Source of the DNA: Clostridia bacterium
GTDB lineage: Bacteria > Bacillota > Clostridia > UBA1381 > UMGS1253
Length of the DNA: 64,000 nt
NCBI GenBank assembly: GCA_045652745.1
Contig: JAZRUW010000009.1
Span: 23,865 to 87,864 of the forward strand
Direction: 5' to 3'
The position numbers were made by a program, and so were the translations under genes. The notes under the pieces were generated by a model that did not search any database, was not told the DNA's origin, and was given only the letters and a program-made list of their open reading frames with translations. Shown piece by piece: positions 38,546-48,638 of the stretch (position 1 is the stretch's first letter; each line of letters opens with the position of its first letter).

Positions 38546-40760
38546 GTTGTGCCTCCTGTAAAAGCGCCAGTGCAATTTCTGCATTCTTTTCTGCACGTGC
38601 GCGAAGTTCGGTATTGTCAATGGCGCACACGTTTTGTACGCATTGGGCCACCTCTGCACACAGACGTGCAGCATCAAACTCACCGAGTGCAATGCGATGC
38701 TTCATTCCGGCATCGTGCATAAAGCCGCTGATTTTCGGGTCGTAGTCGATGGCTACGGCATCCTTGCCGATGGCGGCGGCATAAATCAATGTATGCAGGC
38801 GCATGGCAATGATTAAGTCGGCGCGTGTTAAAAGTTGCATGGTTTCCGTCACCTCGGGTGGCGTTTCGATGATATATGCGGATTGGGTCATGCGTTTTAA
38901 TATGTCACGCGAAAATTCCAAGTCACGCGGATATTGCATCGGTAAAAAGACGATGCTTTTTTTGTGCGCGGTTGCAATTTTGTCCAAAGCGGAAGCCAAC
39001 TGTGCACGGAAATCGGGTTTTGCATTTTTTGCGCTTCGCACGGAAACGGCGATGAATGCTTCGTTTTCCGCAAGTCCTGCGTTTTTCAAAATTGCTGTAG
39101 CACGGCGGCAATCTTTCGGCGTAAGTGTCAGTGCCGGGTCTGCGGTTACGCAGTGTTGTACATTGCCCAGGCCGAGGCGCAGAAGTTCTTTTTCGGAATG
39201 GCTGTCGCGTAATGTGATGACATCCACACAGCTTGGAATAATTTTTTGGCAAAGTTCGCGGTCAAATTTATATTTGACCGGGCCGATGCCGTTGGCAAGC
39301 TGAATGACTTTTAAACCGTAGTGCTTGGCTAAACGGATAACTGCCAGATAGTACCACAGGGATTGCGGACTGGTTTCGTCCTGAATGAGAGAACCACCGC
39401 CGCTGATGAGCATTGAGGTGTTTTTCAATATGCCGCAAAGCGACATCAGATTACTGCGGTTGATGGCATCCACGCCGTACTGTAAGCGTGTAGAGCGCGG
39501 CGCGGCGGATAGGACTGCTGCGCGCAGATTCGGTTTCTTTGCTTTAAGGCCGTCCAAAATGGCGAGCAAAAGTGCATCGTCACCGCTGTTGTGAAAACCG
39601 TAGTAGCCGGAAAGCACCACATCGTAGCGTTTATCTGCAGTATAGTCCTCTAAAATATTTTTATACATTTCCAGATGCTTTTTTGCAAAAGAATCATCCG
39701 AGAAATGTTCGGTTGCGAGTTTGTAAATGTTTTCACCCATTTGCGCGAGGGTTTCGGGCGCGCTTGCCAAAGATAAAATATGCTCGGCCATTTCTTCGTA
39801 GTTGCCGACATCAAACAGATAACCGGTTTCGTCGTCGTGCACGAGGGCAGGAATACCGCCGACGCGCGAAGCAACCATGGGAAGACGCATTGCCGCACCT
39901 TCGAGCATCGAGTACGGAAAACTTTCGCAAAGGGAAGTTAATGTATTGATATCAATAAAGTTTAAAAAGCCGTAGTTGTCGGAAACGTAACCTAAAAACT
40001 GCAAGCCTTCGCCGATGTGCAGATTGCGCGCGAGTGCTTCTAAATTCTTGCGTTCCGCGCCGTCGCCGCCGATTAAAAAGCGAAGGCGCTTGTTTTGTGC
40101 GCAGGCCTTTGCCGCACAGCGCACAAATGTTGCCACGTCTTTTACAATGTCTAAACGTGCCAGTATACCGACGTAAATGCAGTCGGGGTCATAGGCAATG
40201 CCGTAATTTTTTGCGAAGGTTTCCTTGTCCGTCACCGCGGTCGGTACGGCGGAAAAATTCATGCCGTTGTATACGGTCTGGATGCTATTGGGGCGAAAGT
40301 TTCTTTCGCGCAGCATCGCAGAGAAGGCATCGGATACCGCAATAAAATAGTCAATTCTGCGCAGGGCATAGCGGTTCATGTTCGTAAACATCAGCTTTTT
40401 GAAGAAATCATCGAAGTCTAACAGATAGTCACTGTGCATGGTGGTGACAATCGGGATGTTGATTTTTTTCTTTAAAAAAACGGACACGAAATTTGCTCTT
40501 GCACCATGTACATGCAAAAGATCGTAATGCTCGTTATTGAGTTTTTTTGCGATGGCGTTTGCCACAGACAAATCCATACGGTTTTTTTGCTTGAACAATA
40601 CGGTATCTTTGTAATTGGCGGCAAAATCCGTGTAGAAATCACCCTCCATTAAACACGCCACAGTAATGGTTGCGTACTCGGAGAGCTTGTAGACGAGATT
40701 TTTCAAATGTGTTTTTGCGCCGCCGCTGTCGCCGCCGCTGATCAGATGCAGAATTTTCAT
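38532..40760 (-). CDS. csaB: GT4 glycosyltransferase fused to polysaccharide pyruvyl transferase CsaB
   Basis: N-terminal MKILHLISGGDSGGAK...ESFPYSMLEG (GT4). C-terminal VLSGYYGFHNSGDDALL, SGGGSLIQDETS and AMRLHTLI (CsaB). Confidence 0.85.
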   Translation of the reverse strand: MKILHLISGGDSGGAKTHLKNLVYKLSEYATITVACLMEGDFYTDFAANYKDTVLFKQKNRMDLSVANAIAKKLNNEHYDLLHVHGARANFVSVFLKKKINIPIVTTMHSDYLLDFDDFFKKLMFTNMNRYALRRIDYFIAVSDAFSAMLRERNFRPNSIQTVYNGMNFSAVPTAVTDKETFAKNYGIAYDPDCIYVGILARLDIVKDVATFVRCAAKACAQNKRLRFLIGGDGAERKNLEALARNLHIGEGLQFLGYVSDNYGFLNFIDINTLTSLCESFPYSMLEGAAMRLPMVASRVGGIPALVHDDETGYLFDVGNYEEMAEHILSLASAPETLAQMGENIYKLATEHFSDDSFAKKHLEMYKNILEDYTADKRYDVVLSGYYGFHNSGDDALLLAILDGLKAKKPNLRAAVLSAAPRSTRLQYGVDAINRSNLMSLCGILKNTSMLISGGGSLIQDETSPQSLWYYLAVIRLAKHYGLKVIQLANGIGPVKYKFDRELCQKIIPSCVDVITLRDSHSEKELLRLGLGNVQHCVTADPALTLTPKDCRRATAILKNAGLAENEAFIAVSVRSAKNAKPDFRAQLASALDKIATAHKKSIVFLPMQYPRDLEFSRDILKRMTQSAYIIETPPEVTETMQLLTRADLIIAMRLHTLIYAAAIGKDAVAIDYDPKISGFMHDAGMKHRIALGEFDAARLCAEVAQCVQNVCAIDNTELRARAEKNAEIALALLQEAQHGNL

Positions 40761-40780
40761 GCGTTTTGCCTCCGGATGGG

Positions 40781-42310
40781 TTACTTTTCTTTTTTGGAGA
40801 GGCGGATTGCACAAAGCAGGATGCCGACTGCAATCCAGAATACAAACATTACACGCGGATAAAACCAGATATATTCGGCCGCGCATACAAAGCTGATACC
40901 GCCCAGGGAGGCGATGCCAGCAATGATGATATTGCGCAGAGCGGAATCTGCGCGGTTAAAGGTCGCAAGCGCCTTTTTTACGGTAGAAAACATAAAGGTT
41001 AAGAAGCTGATACCGCCGAGCAGTCCCAGTTCGACAAAGACTTCCAGATAGAGCATGTGCGCGTGCGGCGCCGCTAAGCCGAGCGGGTTTGCATAGAGCG
41101 GATACAGCTTGCCGAATGCTGCAGGCCCGAGACCGATACCGGTCACAATGTGCTCACGCAGCATCTTTAAAATACCTTCCCAGATATAGATACGGCTGGC
41201 GTTGGAGGTATCCTCCATGGAGCCGATGGTCAAAATGCGGTTCATAACCGTTTCCGGAAGAAGCGGAATGCATAAAACCGCTATGATAGCAAGAGGAATT
41301 AAAAGTCGCCAATCATAGAGCGCAATAAACAATAGCGCGGCAATGGCAAAAGCCACATAGCATGAGCGCGAATAACTCATCATCAGCGCGGCGATGCAAA
41401 CACCGAGCAGCGCAATCCAGAACAGTTTTGCTTTTTTGCCTTTGGAATTTAAAAGCATCGCACCGGCAAACGGTGCAAGCAGTACAATCACTTCCGCGAA
41501 GTTGTTCGGGTTGGAGAGCGTGGCATAGACTCTGCCCGGCATCCCCTCGTTGGTGGCTACATCCGTAAATTCCGGATTGACCTCCACGCCCAAAAAGCGC
41601 TGAATGATACCGAACAGACATAACACGCCGAGGCCCGTAAGCAGGATGTGCAAAAAGACGGAAAGCGCCGTTTTGCTTCTTATGCCGCCTGCACAAACCA
41701 CGGTAAAAATGACCGAAGAGAAAAAGAACAGGGCGACACGTATGCCGTCCCCGCGGTCAGGCGTAATCAGCATGCCTGCAAAAATGGCCAATATAAAGGC
41801 GATTAGAGAGGCGCTGATTGCACGTGTATCTTTACCGATACCGGGCAGGGTTTGCATCTGGACAAGATACAGCGCCGCTAAGGCGAGAGCGCCGATAAAG
41901 GCATAGACATTGTTCCAAAAATCGTGCGGCACGAGCAGCATCAATGCAAAGAAAACTGCCGCGAGGTATTCTATCCCGAACAAACCGTGCGCTTTGAGTT
42001 TGCGCAGGGTATTGCCGAGAATACCGCCGTCGCTTGCTTTCCATATCGGCCGTGCAACGGCTGTGGCGCATTTGCTGATGCCGCCGAGGACACGGTTTGC
42101 AAACGAGTAAATGTATGAAGTTTTGTAGTGCGCCTCCAGTTTAGAGGGGGAAACGAAATAGTTGCGCAGTGCGCTTTGGGTAAATGCAGATTTGATTGCA
42201 TTTGCCGCGCGCATTACACAGGCATAACTAAACGAGGTTTTGTACTGCATCAGGCAGTTTTTCAGCCAAAGCAGAATATGCCCCGTAACACTTTGTCGGA
42301 ACATGGCCAT
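40781..42310 (-). CDS. O-antigen ligase / Wzy-like membrane protein
   Basis: RVYATLSNPNNFAE, SYSRS, SRIYIW, GIGLG and HAHMLYLEVFVELG. Confidence 0.85.
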   Translation of the reverse strand: MAMFRQSVTGHILLWLKNCLMQYKTSFSYACVMRAANAIKSAFTQSALRNYFVSPSKLEAHYKTSYIYSFANRVLGGISKCATAVARPIWKASDGGILGNTLRKLKAHGLFGIEYLAAVFFALMLLVPHDFWNNVYAFIGALALAALYLVQMQTLPGIGKDTRAISASLIAFILAIFAGMLITPDRGDGIRVALFFFSSVIFTVVCAGGIRSKTALSVFLHILLTGLGVLCLFGIIQRFLGVEVNPEFTDVATNEGMPGRVYATLSNPNNFAEVIVLLAPFAGAMLLNSKGKKAKLFWIALLGVCIAALMMSYSRSCYVAFAIAALLFIALYDWRLLIPLAIIAVLCIPLLPETVMNRILTIGSMEDTSNASRIYIWEGILKMLREHIVTGIGLGPAAFGKLYPLYANPLGLAAPHAHMLYLEVFVELGLLGGISFLTFMFSTVKKALATFNRADSALRNIIIAGIASLGGISFVCAAEYIWFYPRVMFVFWIAVGILLCAIRLSKKEK

Positions 42311-42319
42311 AAAGCCTCC

Positions 42320-42799
42320 TTATTTTACTTCAATGCCGGAAACGCGGCCGTAAATTTTGGCTTTACCTACGCGCAGGGTAATCGAATGACCCACGCCGTA
42401 TTTGGAAGAACCGATCTGGATACCGTGCGGATACGGCTCGCCCGATACGGTCACTTCCGTGGTCAGTTTTACACTATTGTAACCGTCGCGGCTCGTTGTG
42501 CAAAGCTTGCCTTGTGCATTGCCGATATAGGATACGGAAGGCTCTACGGTTACGCTTGTTACATGACCGAGCGGTACATCTTTGTATTCGTCGCTGACTG
42601 GGTCGCCTTCAAATATGGCTTCTGCCGCAAAGGTCGGCACTTCTTCGCAAAAATAACTTACCACATAAGTGGTTTGCTGCACATTTTGTTCGCTGTTCGG
42701 CTCTACAAAGAGCTTATAGCCTGCAAAGCAGAGTGCGGCAATGAGCACGAGCACAACAATGGCGTCGATAATGTTGAATTTGCATTTCTTTTCGGACAT
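42320..42799 (-). CDS. DUF4330-family protein
   Basis: KFNIIDAIVVL N-terminal anchor followed by a beta-rich domain; cell-wall-cluster context. Confidence 0.65.
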   Translation of the reverse strand: MSEKKCKFNIIDAIVVLVLIAALCFAGYKLFVEPNSEQNVQQTTYVVSYFCEEVPTFAAEAIFEGDPVSDEYKDVPLGHVTSVTVEPSVSYIGNAQGKLCTTSRDGYNSVKLTTEVTVSGEPYPHGIQIGSSKYGVGHSITLRVGKAKIYGRVSGIEVK

Positions 42800-42811
42800 G
42801 GGAGTTCCTCC

Positions 42812-44431
42812 TTAGTGATACACCGCAAAGGTGTCATCTAATATTTTATTTAGATTAAAGACTTCAAATATAGCTTTAAGTGCATTTTCGCTGTAGCGCT
42901 GATACAACGCAGGCTCGTCCATCAGGCGGCAAATGGCATTCGCCATTGCATCCGTATTGCCGTACGGCACGAGCAGACCGCAATCGTTATTTAAAATGTC
43001 GGAGTTGCCGCCGACGTCGGTGGCAACCACCGGCAGTTTGCGGCTGAGCGCTTCCAAGATGGCGAAGCTGAGCGCTTCGTAGCATTTGGCGGAGTTTACG
43101 AAAATATCGCTGCCGCGCAAAATGTTGTCCGTATCGGAGCGAAAACCGAGTTGCAGGATTTCTTTTTCCAATCCGAGGCGCTGGATTTGCGCACGAATGT
43201 CTTCAAACAACTCACCGTCACCTGCATAGAGCACCACAAACGGGCGTTTTGCAATTTGTTTGAGTTTTGCAATCGAATCCGTGAAAAAATCGAGGCCTTT
43301 TGCCATATGGTAACGCGCAAGCGTTGTAATCACGAACGTGTCCGGCGCAATACCGAGTTCTTCGCGGATGGTGGACGGAATCGGCTTGTATTCTTCCGGC
43401 ACAATGCCGTTGAAAATGACATCAATTTTCTCTCTGCGCACACCGTTTTGCACCAGTAAATCCGCACCGTTGTTACATACGGAAATGATTTTGTGGTTGC
43501 GGTTGGTGATGTAGCGGTTAAACGGACGGTGCCAAAACGGATTTTTCAAGGTCAGATGGCAGGTGTAGACCACCTTCGGACCGGAAAAATATCGTTTCGA
43601 CAGCACCGCAATGTAGTTTTCGCGCGGATACTGCGCGTGGATGACATCAATGTTGTTGTCACGGCAGATTTGCGCAAGCTGCTTTGCGGCTTTGAAGTCA
43701 AAACTGTTTTTCATCGTTATCTGAAAAGACGGGATGCCGAGTTCTTGCATCTGCTCGGACAACAGTCCCGATTCATTGTAGGCAAAAAAGCAATGTGCGC
43801 GTGTGCCGTGGTAGGCTTTCACCAAATTGAGCACGTACTTTTCCGTGCCGGCCTTGCCCGCATGGTTAATCAGATACAATATGCGCGGTTTGACGGCATC
43901 CGGGTCGCTTGTTCGCTTTTTGATTTCCTTTGCAGGGTTCCCACCGACAACGGTGTAAGGCTCAACGTCTTTGGTTACTACTGCACCGGCGGCTAAAATT
44001 GCGCCGTCACCGACGGTGACACCCGGCAAAATCATCACGTTTGCGCCAATCCATACGTCGTTTCCGATGGTGACCGCTTTCTTTTGTGCGGTTTGCAGAC
44101 GCATCGGTTTAGCGACGTTTTCCGTTTCGTGATTTTGCGTGAAAATCATCACATTCGGCCCCATCATCACGTCGCGGCCGATTTTGAGCGGCCCGGCCAC
44201 GCGGCAGTTTAAGCCGAGGCCGGAATTGTCGCCGATTTCAATATCTTTCCCCGAAGCGAAAAACGCGCCGTGCTCAATATTTACATTTTTGCCCATGTGT
44301 TTAAACATCGCTTTGCACAGTCCGCGGCGTATGTGTTTTGCACCGAGGCTGTACGGCAGGTCAGAACAGGGCAGATGTCTTGCATACAGATAGTAAAGTC
44401 CGTACGCGGCAGGAAAGAAAAATTTGTTCAT
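42812..44431 (-). CDS. Left-handed beta-helix O-acetyltransferase fused to GT4 glycosyltransferase
   Basis: Residues 1-175 carry hexapeptide repeats ([41 protein letters not shown]). The remainder is GT4 ([16 protein letters not shown]). Confidence 0.85.
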   Translation of the reverse strand: MNKFFFPAAYGLYYLYARHLPCSDLPYSLGAKHIRRGLCKAMFKHMGKNVNIEHGAFFASGKDIEIGDNSGLGLNCRVAGPLKIGRDVMMGPNVMIFTQNHETENVAKPMRLQTAQKKAVTIGNDVWIGANVMILPGVTVGDGAILAAGAVVTKDVEPYTVVGGNPAKEIKKRTSDPDAVKPRILYLINHAGKAGTEKYVLNLVKAYHGTRAHCFFAYNESGLLSEQMQELGIPSFQITMKNSFDFKAAKQLAQICRDNNIDVIHAQYPRENYIAVLSKRYFSGPKVVYTCHLTLKNPFWHRPFNRYITNRNHKIISVCNNGADLLVQNGVRREKIDVIFNGIVPEEYKPIPSTIREELGIAPDTFVITTLARYHMAKGLDFFTDSIAKLKQIAKRPFVVLYAGDGELFEDIRAQIQRLGLEKEILQLGFRSDTDNILRGSDIFVNSAKCYEALSFAILEALSRKLPVVATDVGGNSDILNNDCGLLVPYGNTDAMANAICRLMDEPALYQRYSENALKAIFEVFNLNKILDDTFAVYH

Positions 44432-45973
44432 TTACGCACCTCTTTTCAAAAACTTGGCGATGATATCCGTTACCTGCGGGATACGCAGGAAAATTGCAGA
44501 AATTAAATATAAAATCACACCGAAACCGCATTCGAGGCCGAGACGCAGGATGCGCCATAAAATGCCGTCGCCCGCGAACGATGCAAGATAGCGGTGTAAT
44601 ACGGTTACGCCGACAAACATAATGACGGAGGCTATAAGACTCTTCAATAAAGTTATACCCACGCCGTCGGCAAACTTGCCGACCTTTTTCTTTAAACGCC
44701 ACAACAGCACCGCACTGCCCGTCAAGGAAGAAATCGAATAGGCGAGGGGGATACCGTAGGCACCAAAAAACTGCATCAGTATTAAACTTAAAGAAATGTT
44801 GACCGCCATAATCACAAAACCGGTTACGGCGGAAGTTTTTGTATCCTGCAATGCATAAAAAGCACGGTCTAAAATTTCTTTAAAACCGATACCGAGCACG
44901 CCTACGGCATAGGCCGCCAGCAAAAGTGCGGCGCGGAAGATGTCCGTCTCCGTAATATTGCCGTATTGCGCCAGTACGCGCAAAAGCGGCTCGCGCACGG
45001 CGATAAAGCCGAAGGTCATCGGCAGTAAAAGTGCGCCCATTGCGCCCAGAATACCGCTGAGGTCTTTTTTGTACTGTGCCATATTGTTTTGCGATGCGCT
45101 TTCCGTCAGGCGCGGATAAATCACGGCGGTGACGGAGTAGATGATGGCAAGCACCATATACAACACGATATTTTGTACGTAGGTCAGCAGCGTTACCATG
45201 CCTTCAAAGCGCGCAATCATCGTCACATTGTAGAGCATGTTGAGCTGATACGCCGATACACCCAGCAGTACCGGACCGGTCAACTTTAAGGCATTTACGA
45301 TGTCGGGATGTTTTAATTCGAAACTTATGCGATAGCGATAGCCCTTTTTATAGAGCGGAAAAATCAAAATGATGGCTTGCAGGGAAAGACCGAGTACCGT
45401 CGCAACCAGCAGGCCGGAGATGCCAAACTTGTCCGCAAGTAAAAACACATATAAAATAACAACTAAACTGCTCGGTACGCTGACGAAGGCCGGCAGATTG
45501 TAACTGCCCATCGCCTGCAACATGCCTTGGAAGATGTAGTTTAGCCCGTAAAAGAACATGACCGGCATAACCACCATTAAGGCTTTTGTGGCATAACTGT
45601 ATGTCTGCTCGGTTTTGGCAAATTCCGTAAAACGCGGCAAAATCGGCGCGAGTGCGATACCGATGAGCACCAAAACAGCAGTCAAAGCTACGGAGATGGT
45701 GATGATATTATCTGCAAAACGCTTGGCGGCATCCTTTTTACCGTTCGCGGTATGTCCCATAAAAATCGGGATGACCACGGTGGAAAGTGCCGTGCCGATG
45801 CAGGTGAAAATAATATTCGGGATGCTGATGACATACGAATAAATATTCATATATACATCTGAAGCGCCGAAATGCGCCATATAGATTTGTGTGGATAACA
45901 GGCTCATCATGCGGGCAAGTATCATAATGACCATGACTGAGCTGATGGAGCCTAACAGATTTTTCTTTTGCAT
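44432..45973 (-). CDS. murJ: MurJ/MviN-family flippase (copy 2)
   Basis: IYPRL and RAFYALQDTKT motifs; 13-14 TM. Start is ATG 45973. Confidence 0.8.
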   Translation of the reverse strand: MQKKNLLGSISSVMVIMILARMMSLLSTQIYMAHFGASDVYMNIYSYVISIPNIIFTCIGTALSTVVIPIFMGHTANGKKDAAKRFADNIITISVALTAVLVLIGIALAPILPRFTEFAKTEQTYSYATKALMVVMPVMFFYGLNYIFQGMLQAMGSYNLPAFVSVPSSLVVILYVFLLADKFGISGLLVATVLGLSLQAIILIFPLYKKGYRYRISFELKHPDIVNALKLTGPVLLGVSAYQLNMLYNVTMIARFEGMVTLLTYVQNIVLYMVLAIIYSVTAVIYPRLTESASQNNMAQYKKDLSGILGAMGALLLPMTFGFIAVREPLLRVLAQYGNITETDIFRAALLLAAYAVGVLGIGFKEILDRAFYALQDTKTSAVTGFVIMAVNISLSLILMQFFGAYGIPLAYSISSLTGSAVLLWRLKKKVGKFADGVGITLLKSLIASVIMFVGVTVLHRYLASFAGDGILWRILRLGLECGFGVILYLISAIFLRIPQVTDIIAKFLKRGA

Positions 45974-45975
45974 AT

Positions 45976-46518
45976 TTACGGTCTCCAAACCACGTTTTCT
46001 TTTACAATGCGCGCGGGATTGCCGGCAACGACACAGTGCGGCGGCACGTCCTTGGTGACAACCGCACCGGCGCCGATTACTGCGCCTTCGCCGATTGTTA
46101 CACCTTTTAATATTGTAGCGCCCTGGCAAATCCATACGTTATCTTCGATGGTTACGGGCTTCATGATTTCGGTTTCGCTGTTTAGTTTGTGGTAGTCGCG
46201 GTCGATAATCGTACAGTTCCAGGAAATATTGCAACCCGACCCGATGCGTACGCACTTGCCTGCGTGAATTTCCGTGCGGTCACCGATGTAAGTGTTTGCG
46301 CCGATGTGCAGCTCAGCGCGGCCGTCCGTGCCCCATACGCTCAGCTTGCAGCCGCGGTGCAACAGCACGCGGTCACCGGCGGTGAGGATGGCGTTCTTTT
46401 TTAAAATGCGTACCCCGCGCTCCGCGCGCAAAAGCCTGCCGCACTTTTTAAAATAAAACCGCTTATATATGCCGCGCAGAACGGCAAAACCGTTTGTAAA
46501 GAATTCGGACAAATTCAT
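45976..46518 (-). CDS. Hexapeptide-repeat (LbH) acetyltransferase
   Basis: [36 protein letters not shown] and AGNPAR. Confidence 0.9.
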   Translation of the reverse strand: MNLSEFFTNGFAVLRGIYKRFYFKKCGRLLRAERGVRILKKNAILTAGDRVLLHRGCKLSVWGTDGRAELHIGANTYIGDRTEIHAGKCVRIGSGCNISWNCTIIDRDYHKLNSETEIMKPVTIEDNVWICQGATILKGVTIGEGAVIGAGAVVTKDVPPHCVVAGNPARIVKENVVWRP

Positions 46519-46603
46519 ATTTTTCGCTCCTGAAACTTTTTGTAAGTATATTTATAAATAGTATAGCATAAAATGCTTGCTCCGTCAACAAAACGGGCGC
46601 AAA

Positions 46604-46910
46604 AAAAGAGAGCCTGAAGGGCGAGTGTTCTTAAGGATAAAACGCCTTAAAAAGCAATATTTTGGCGAATAGCCGTGTTAAAAATGACCGAAATCCGCGA
46701 GGATGTCGGTCATTTTTGCCTTGCTCTTCATCCAAACTATTACCTTTTAAGGTGCCGTTGGCAGTTTTAGTCGAGGAATTTTGTCGGAAAGAGGAACAAA
46801 AAAATCTGCATTATACTCGCGTATAATGCAGATTTTTTGTGAACTATTTTCGGTAAATTACCGACTAAAACCATTGTATCCTTGAGAACACTCGCCCAAG
46901 ACTCTCTTTT
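46604..46910. repeat. Composite inverted-repeat element (two 108-bp palindromes inside about 37-bp terminal inverted repeats)
   Basis: Terminal IRs at 46604-46642 and 46874-46910; internal palindromes at 46645-46752 and 46764-46871. Confidence 0.75.
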
Positions 46911-46932
46911 CGTTTGAATTTATAACTCTAAA

Positions 46933-48351
46933 TTAAAGTTTGAAGTCTACGCCTGTGTTGGCAGCTTCCGGATCTTCTGTCTTGAATTCGTAGTCCTTAC
47001 CCGGCAGGATAGCGTTTAATACGATACCTGCGATGGAAGCACATGCGAGAGCGGACAGAGTGATAGTCAAAGTGCCGATCGGGAAGGAGATGGAACCTAA
47101 ACCGAGGGCGGATACCAGGATAACCGCTGCAACGATGAGGTTACGGCTCTTTGTAAAGTCAACCTGATTTTCAACTACGTTACGAACACCGATTGCGGAA
47201 ATCATACCGTACAAGATGAAGGAAACGCCGCCGATTACAGCTGTCGGAATCAGGTTAACGAGTGCAGCAAACTTCGGAGAGAAGGAAAGGATTACAGCGA
47301 TGATGGCTGCAATGCGGATTACCTTCGGGTCGTAAACTTTAGACAGAGCGAGTACGCCTGTGTTTTCACCGTAAGTTGTGTTTGCAGGGCCGCCGAAGAG
47401 GGATGCCAGCGTGGTAGCAATACCGTCGCCGAGAAGTGTTCTGTGCAGACCCGGGTTTTCGATGAAGTTTTTGCCAACGGTGGAGCTGATTGCGCAGATG
47501 TCACCGATGTGCTCCATCATAGTAGCAAGAGCGATCGGCATAATTGCAACGATAGAGCTTACCACCAAAGAGGTGTTGGACCAGTCGATTCCGCCGAATA
47601 CAGTGCCGTTCCACTTGATCGGGAAACCAATCCAAGCGGCGCTCTTGAGGTTTTCAAGTGCGGAAACGCTGAACAGCTGGAGTGCCGGATTGCCGCCGAG
47701 TGTGATGTAACCATCCACCGGTACACCGAAGCAGATTGCTAAAATTGCAGCGATTGCGCAAGAACCGAGAACACCGATTAAAATCGGAATAATTTTTGCC
47801 ATGCCTTTACCCCAGATGTTAAAGATAACAACGAGCGCAAGTGCGATGAAAGCGATGAGCCAGTTGGTTTTGCAGTTGTTTACTGCGCTGCCTGCCAGGC
47901 CAAGACCGATTGCAATGATAATCGGGCCTGTTACTACCGGCGGGAAGAAGCGCATAACCTTCTTTACGCCTACGAGTTTGATGAGTGCCGCAAGTACGAG
48001 GTACAAAAGACCTGCGCATGCTACGCCTAGACATGCATACGGAAGAAGCTGTGCATTTGTCAGCGTGCCGTTACCGGCGAGCGGTGCAATTGCGCCGTAA
48101 CCGCCCAAGAAAGCAAAGGAAGAACCTAAGAAAGCCGGAACCTTGCCCTTTGTTACCAGGTGGAAAAACAGCGTACCCAAACCTGCCATGAGCAGTGTGG
48201 TTGCAACGTCCAAACCGGTCAGTAGCGGAACGAGTACCGTTGCGCCGAACATTGCAAACATGTGCTGGAAGCCAAGAACGAGCGTCTTGGCGGTGCCCAA
48301 TTCACGTGCATCGTAAACCGGGCCGGAAATTACCTTTTTCTCTTTTGCCAT
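46933..48351 (-). CDS. uraA: Uracil/xanthine (NCS2) permease, UraA/PyrP type
   Basis: GFQHMFAMFGATVLVP, FLGSSFAF, EHIGD and NTTYGENTGV NCS2 signature. Confidence 0.85.
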   Translation of the reverse strand: MAKEKKVISGPVYDARELGTAKTLVLGFQHMFAMFGATVLVPLLTGLDVATTLLMAGLGTLFFHLVTKGKVPAFLGSSFAFLGGYGAIAPLAGNGTLTNAQLLPYACLGVACAGLLYLVLAALIKLVGVKKVMRFFPPVVTGPIIIAIGLGLAGSAVNNCKTNWLIAFIALALVVIFNIWGKGMAKIIPILIGVLGSCAIAAILAICFGVPVDGYITLGGNPALQLFSVSALENLKSAAWIGFPIKWNGTVFGGIDWSNTSLVVSSIVAIMPIALATMMEHIGDICAISSTVGKNFIENPGLHRTLLGDGIATTLASLFGGPANTTYGENTGVLALSKVYDPKVIRIAAIIAVILSFSPKFAALVNLIPTAVIGGVSFILYGMISAIGVRNVVENQVDFTKSRNLIVAAVILVSALGLGSISFPIGTLTITLSALACASIAGIVLNAILPGKDYEFKTEDPEAANTGVDFKL

Positions 48352-48409
48352 GTGAGAAAAACCCCCTTAATAAAATTTTGTCCGTGCATCACAGCAGCCT
48401 TTTTTTGGC

Positions 48410-48546
48410 AAAAAAAAACCTGCCTGCGCAAAAACAGACAAGGTTAAAACCTGTACTACGATGTAAACTTGTCGATGTCTTCGCACCGAAAAAAAGCTAC
48501 CGTATTGACTTGAGTACAGTTTACCATAACGAATTTGCTTTGTAAA
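48410..48546 (-). promoter_or_regulatory. Promoter plus attenuator-like 5' leader of the permease
   Basis: TTTACA-17-TGnTAAACT (48546-48518). Leader hairpin CCUUGUCUG/CAGGCAGG plus U9 (48443-48410), about 60 nt before the start codon. Confidence 0.65.
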
Positions 48547-48638
48547 GAATTTTTTGTAAATTTGTCAAAATCCGCCTCTTTACAAATCGGTGCGCGATGT
48601 ACTAAAATAATATTAAATGAAAATAAGCGAGGTACATA

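Noticed and set aside
46645-46871. Long imperfect palindromes as integron attC sites
   Set aside because: They lack the RYYYAAC...GTTRRRY end arrangement, do not follow cassette ORFs in an array, and the only tyrosine recombinase looks like housekeeping XerD.
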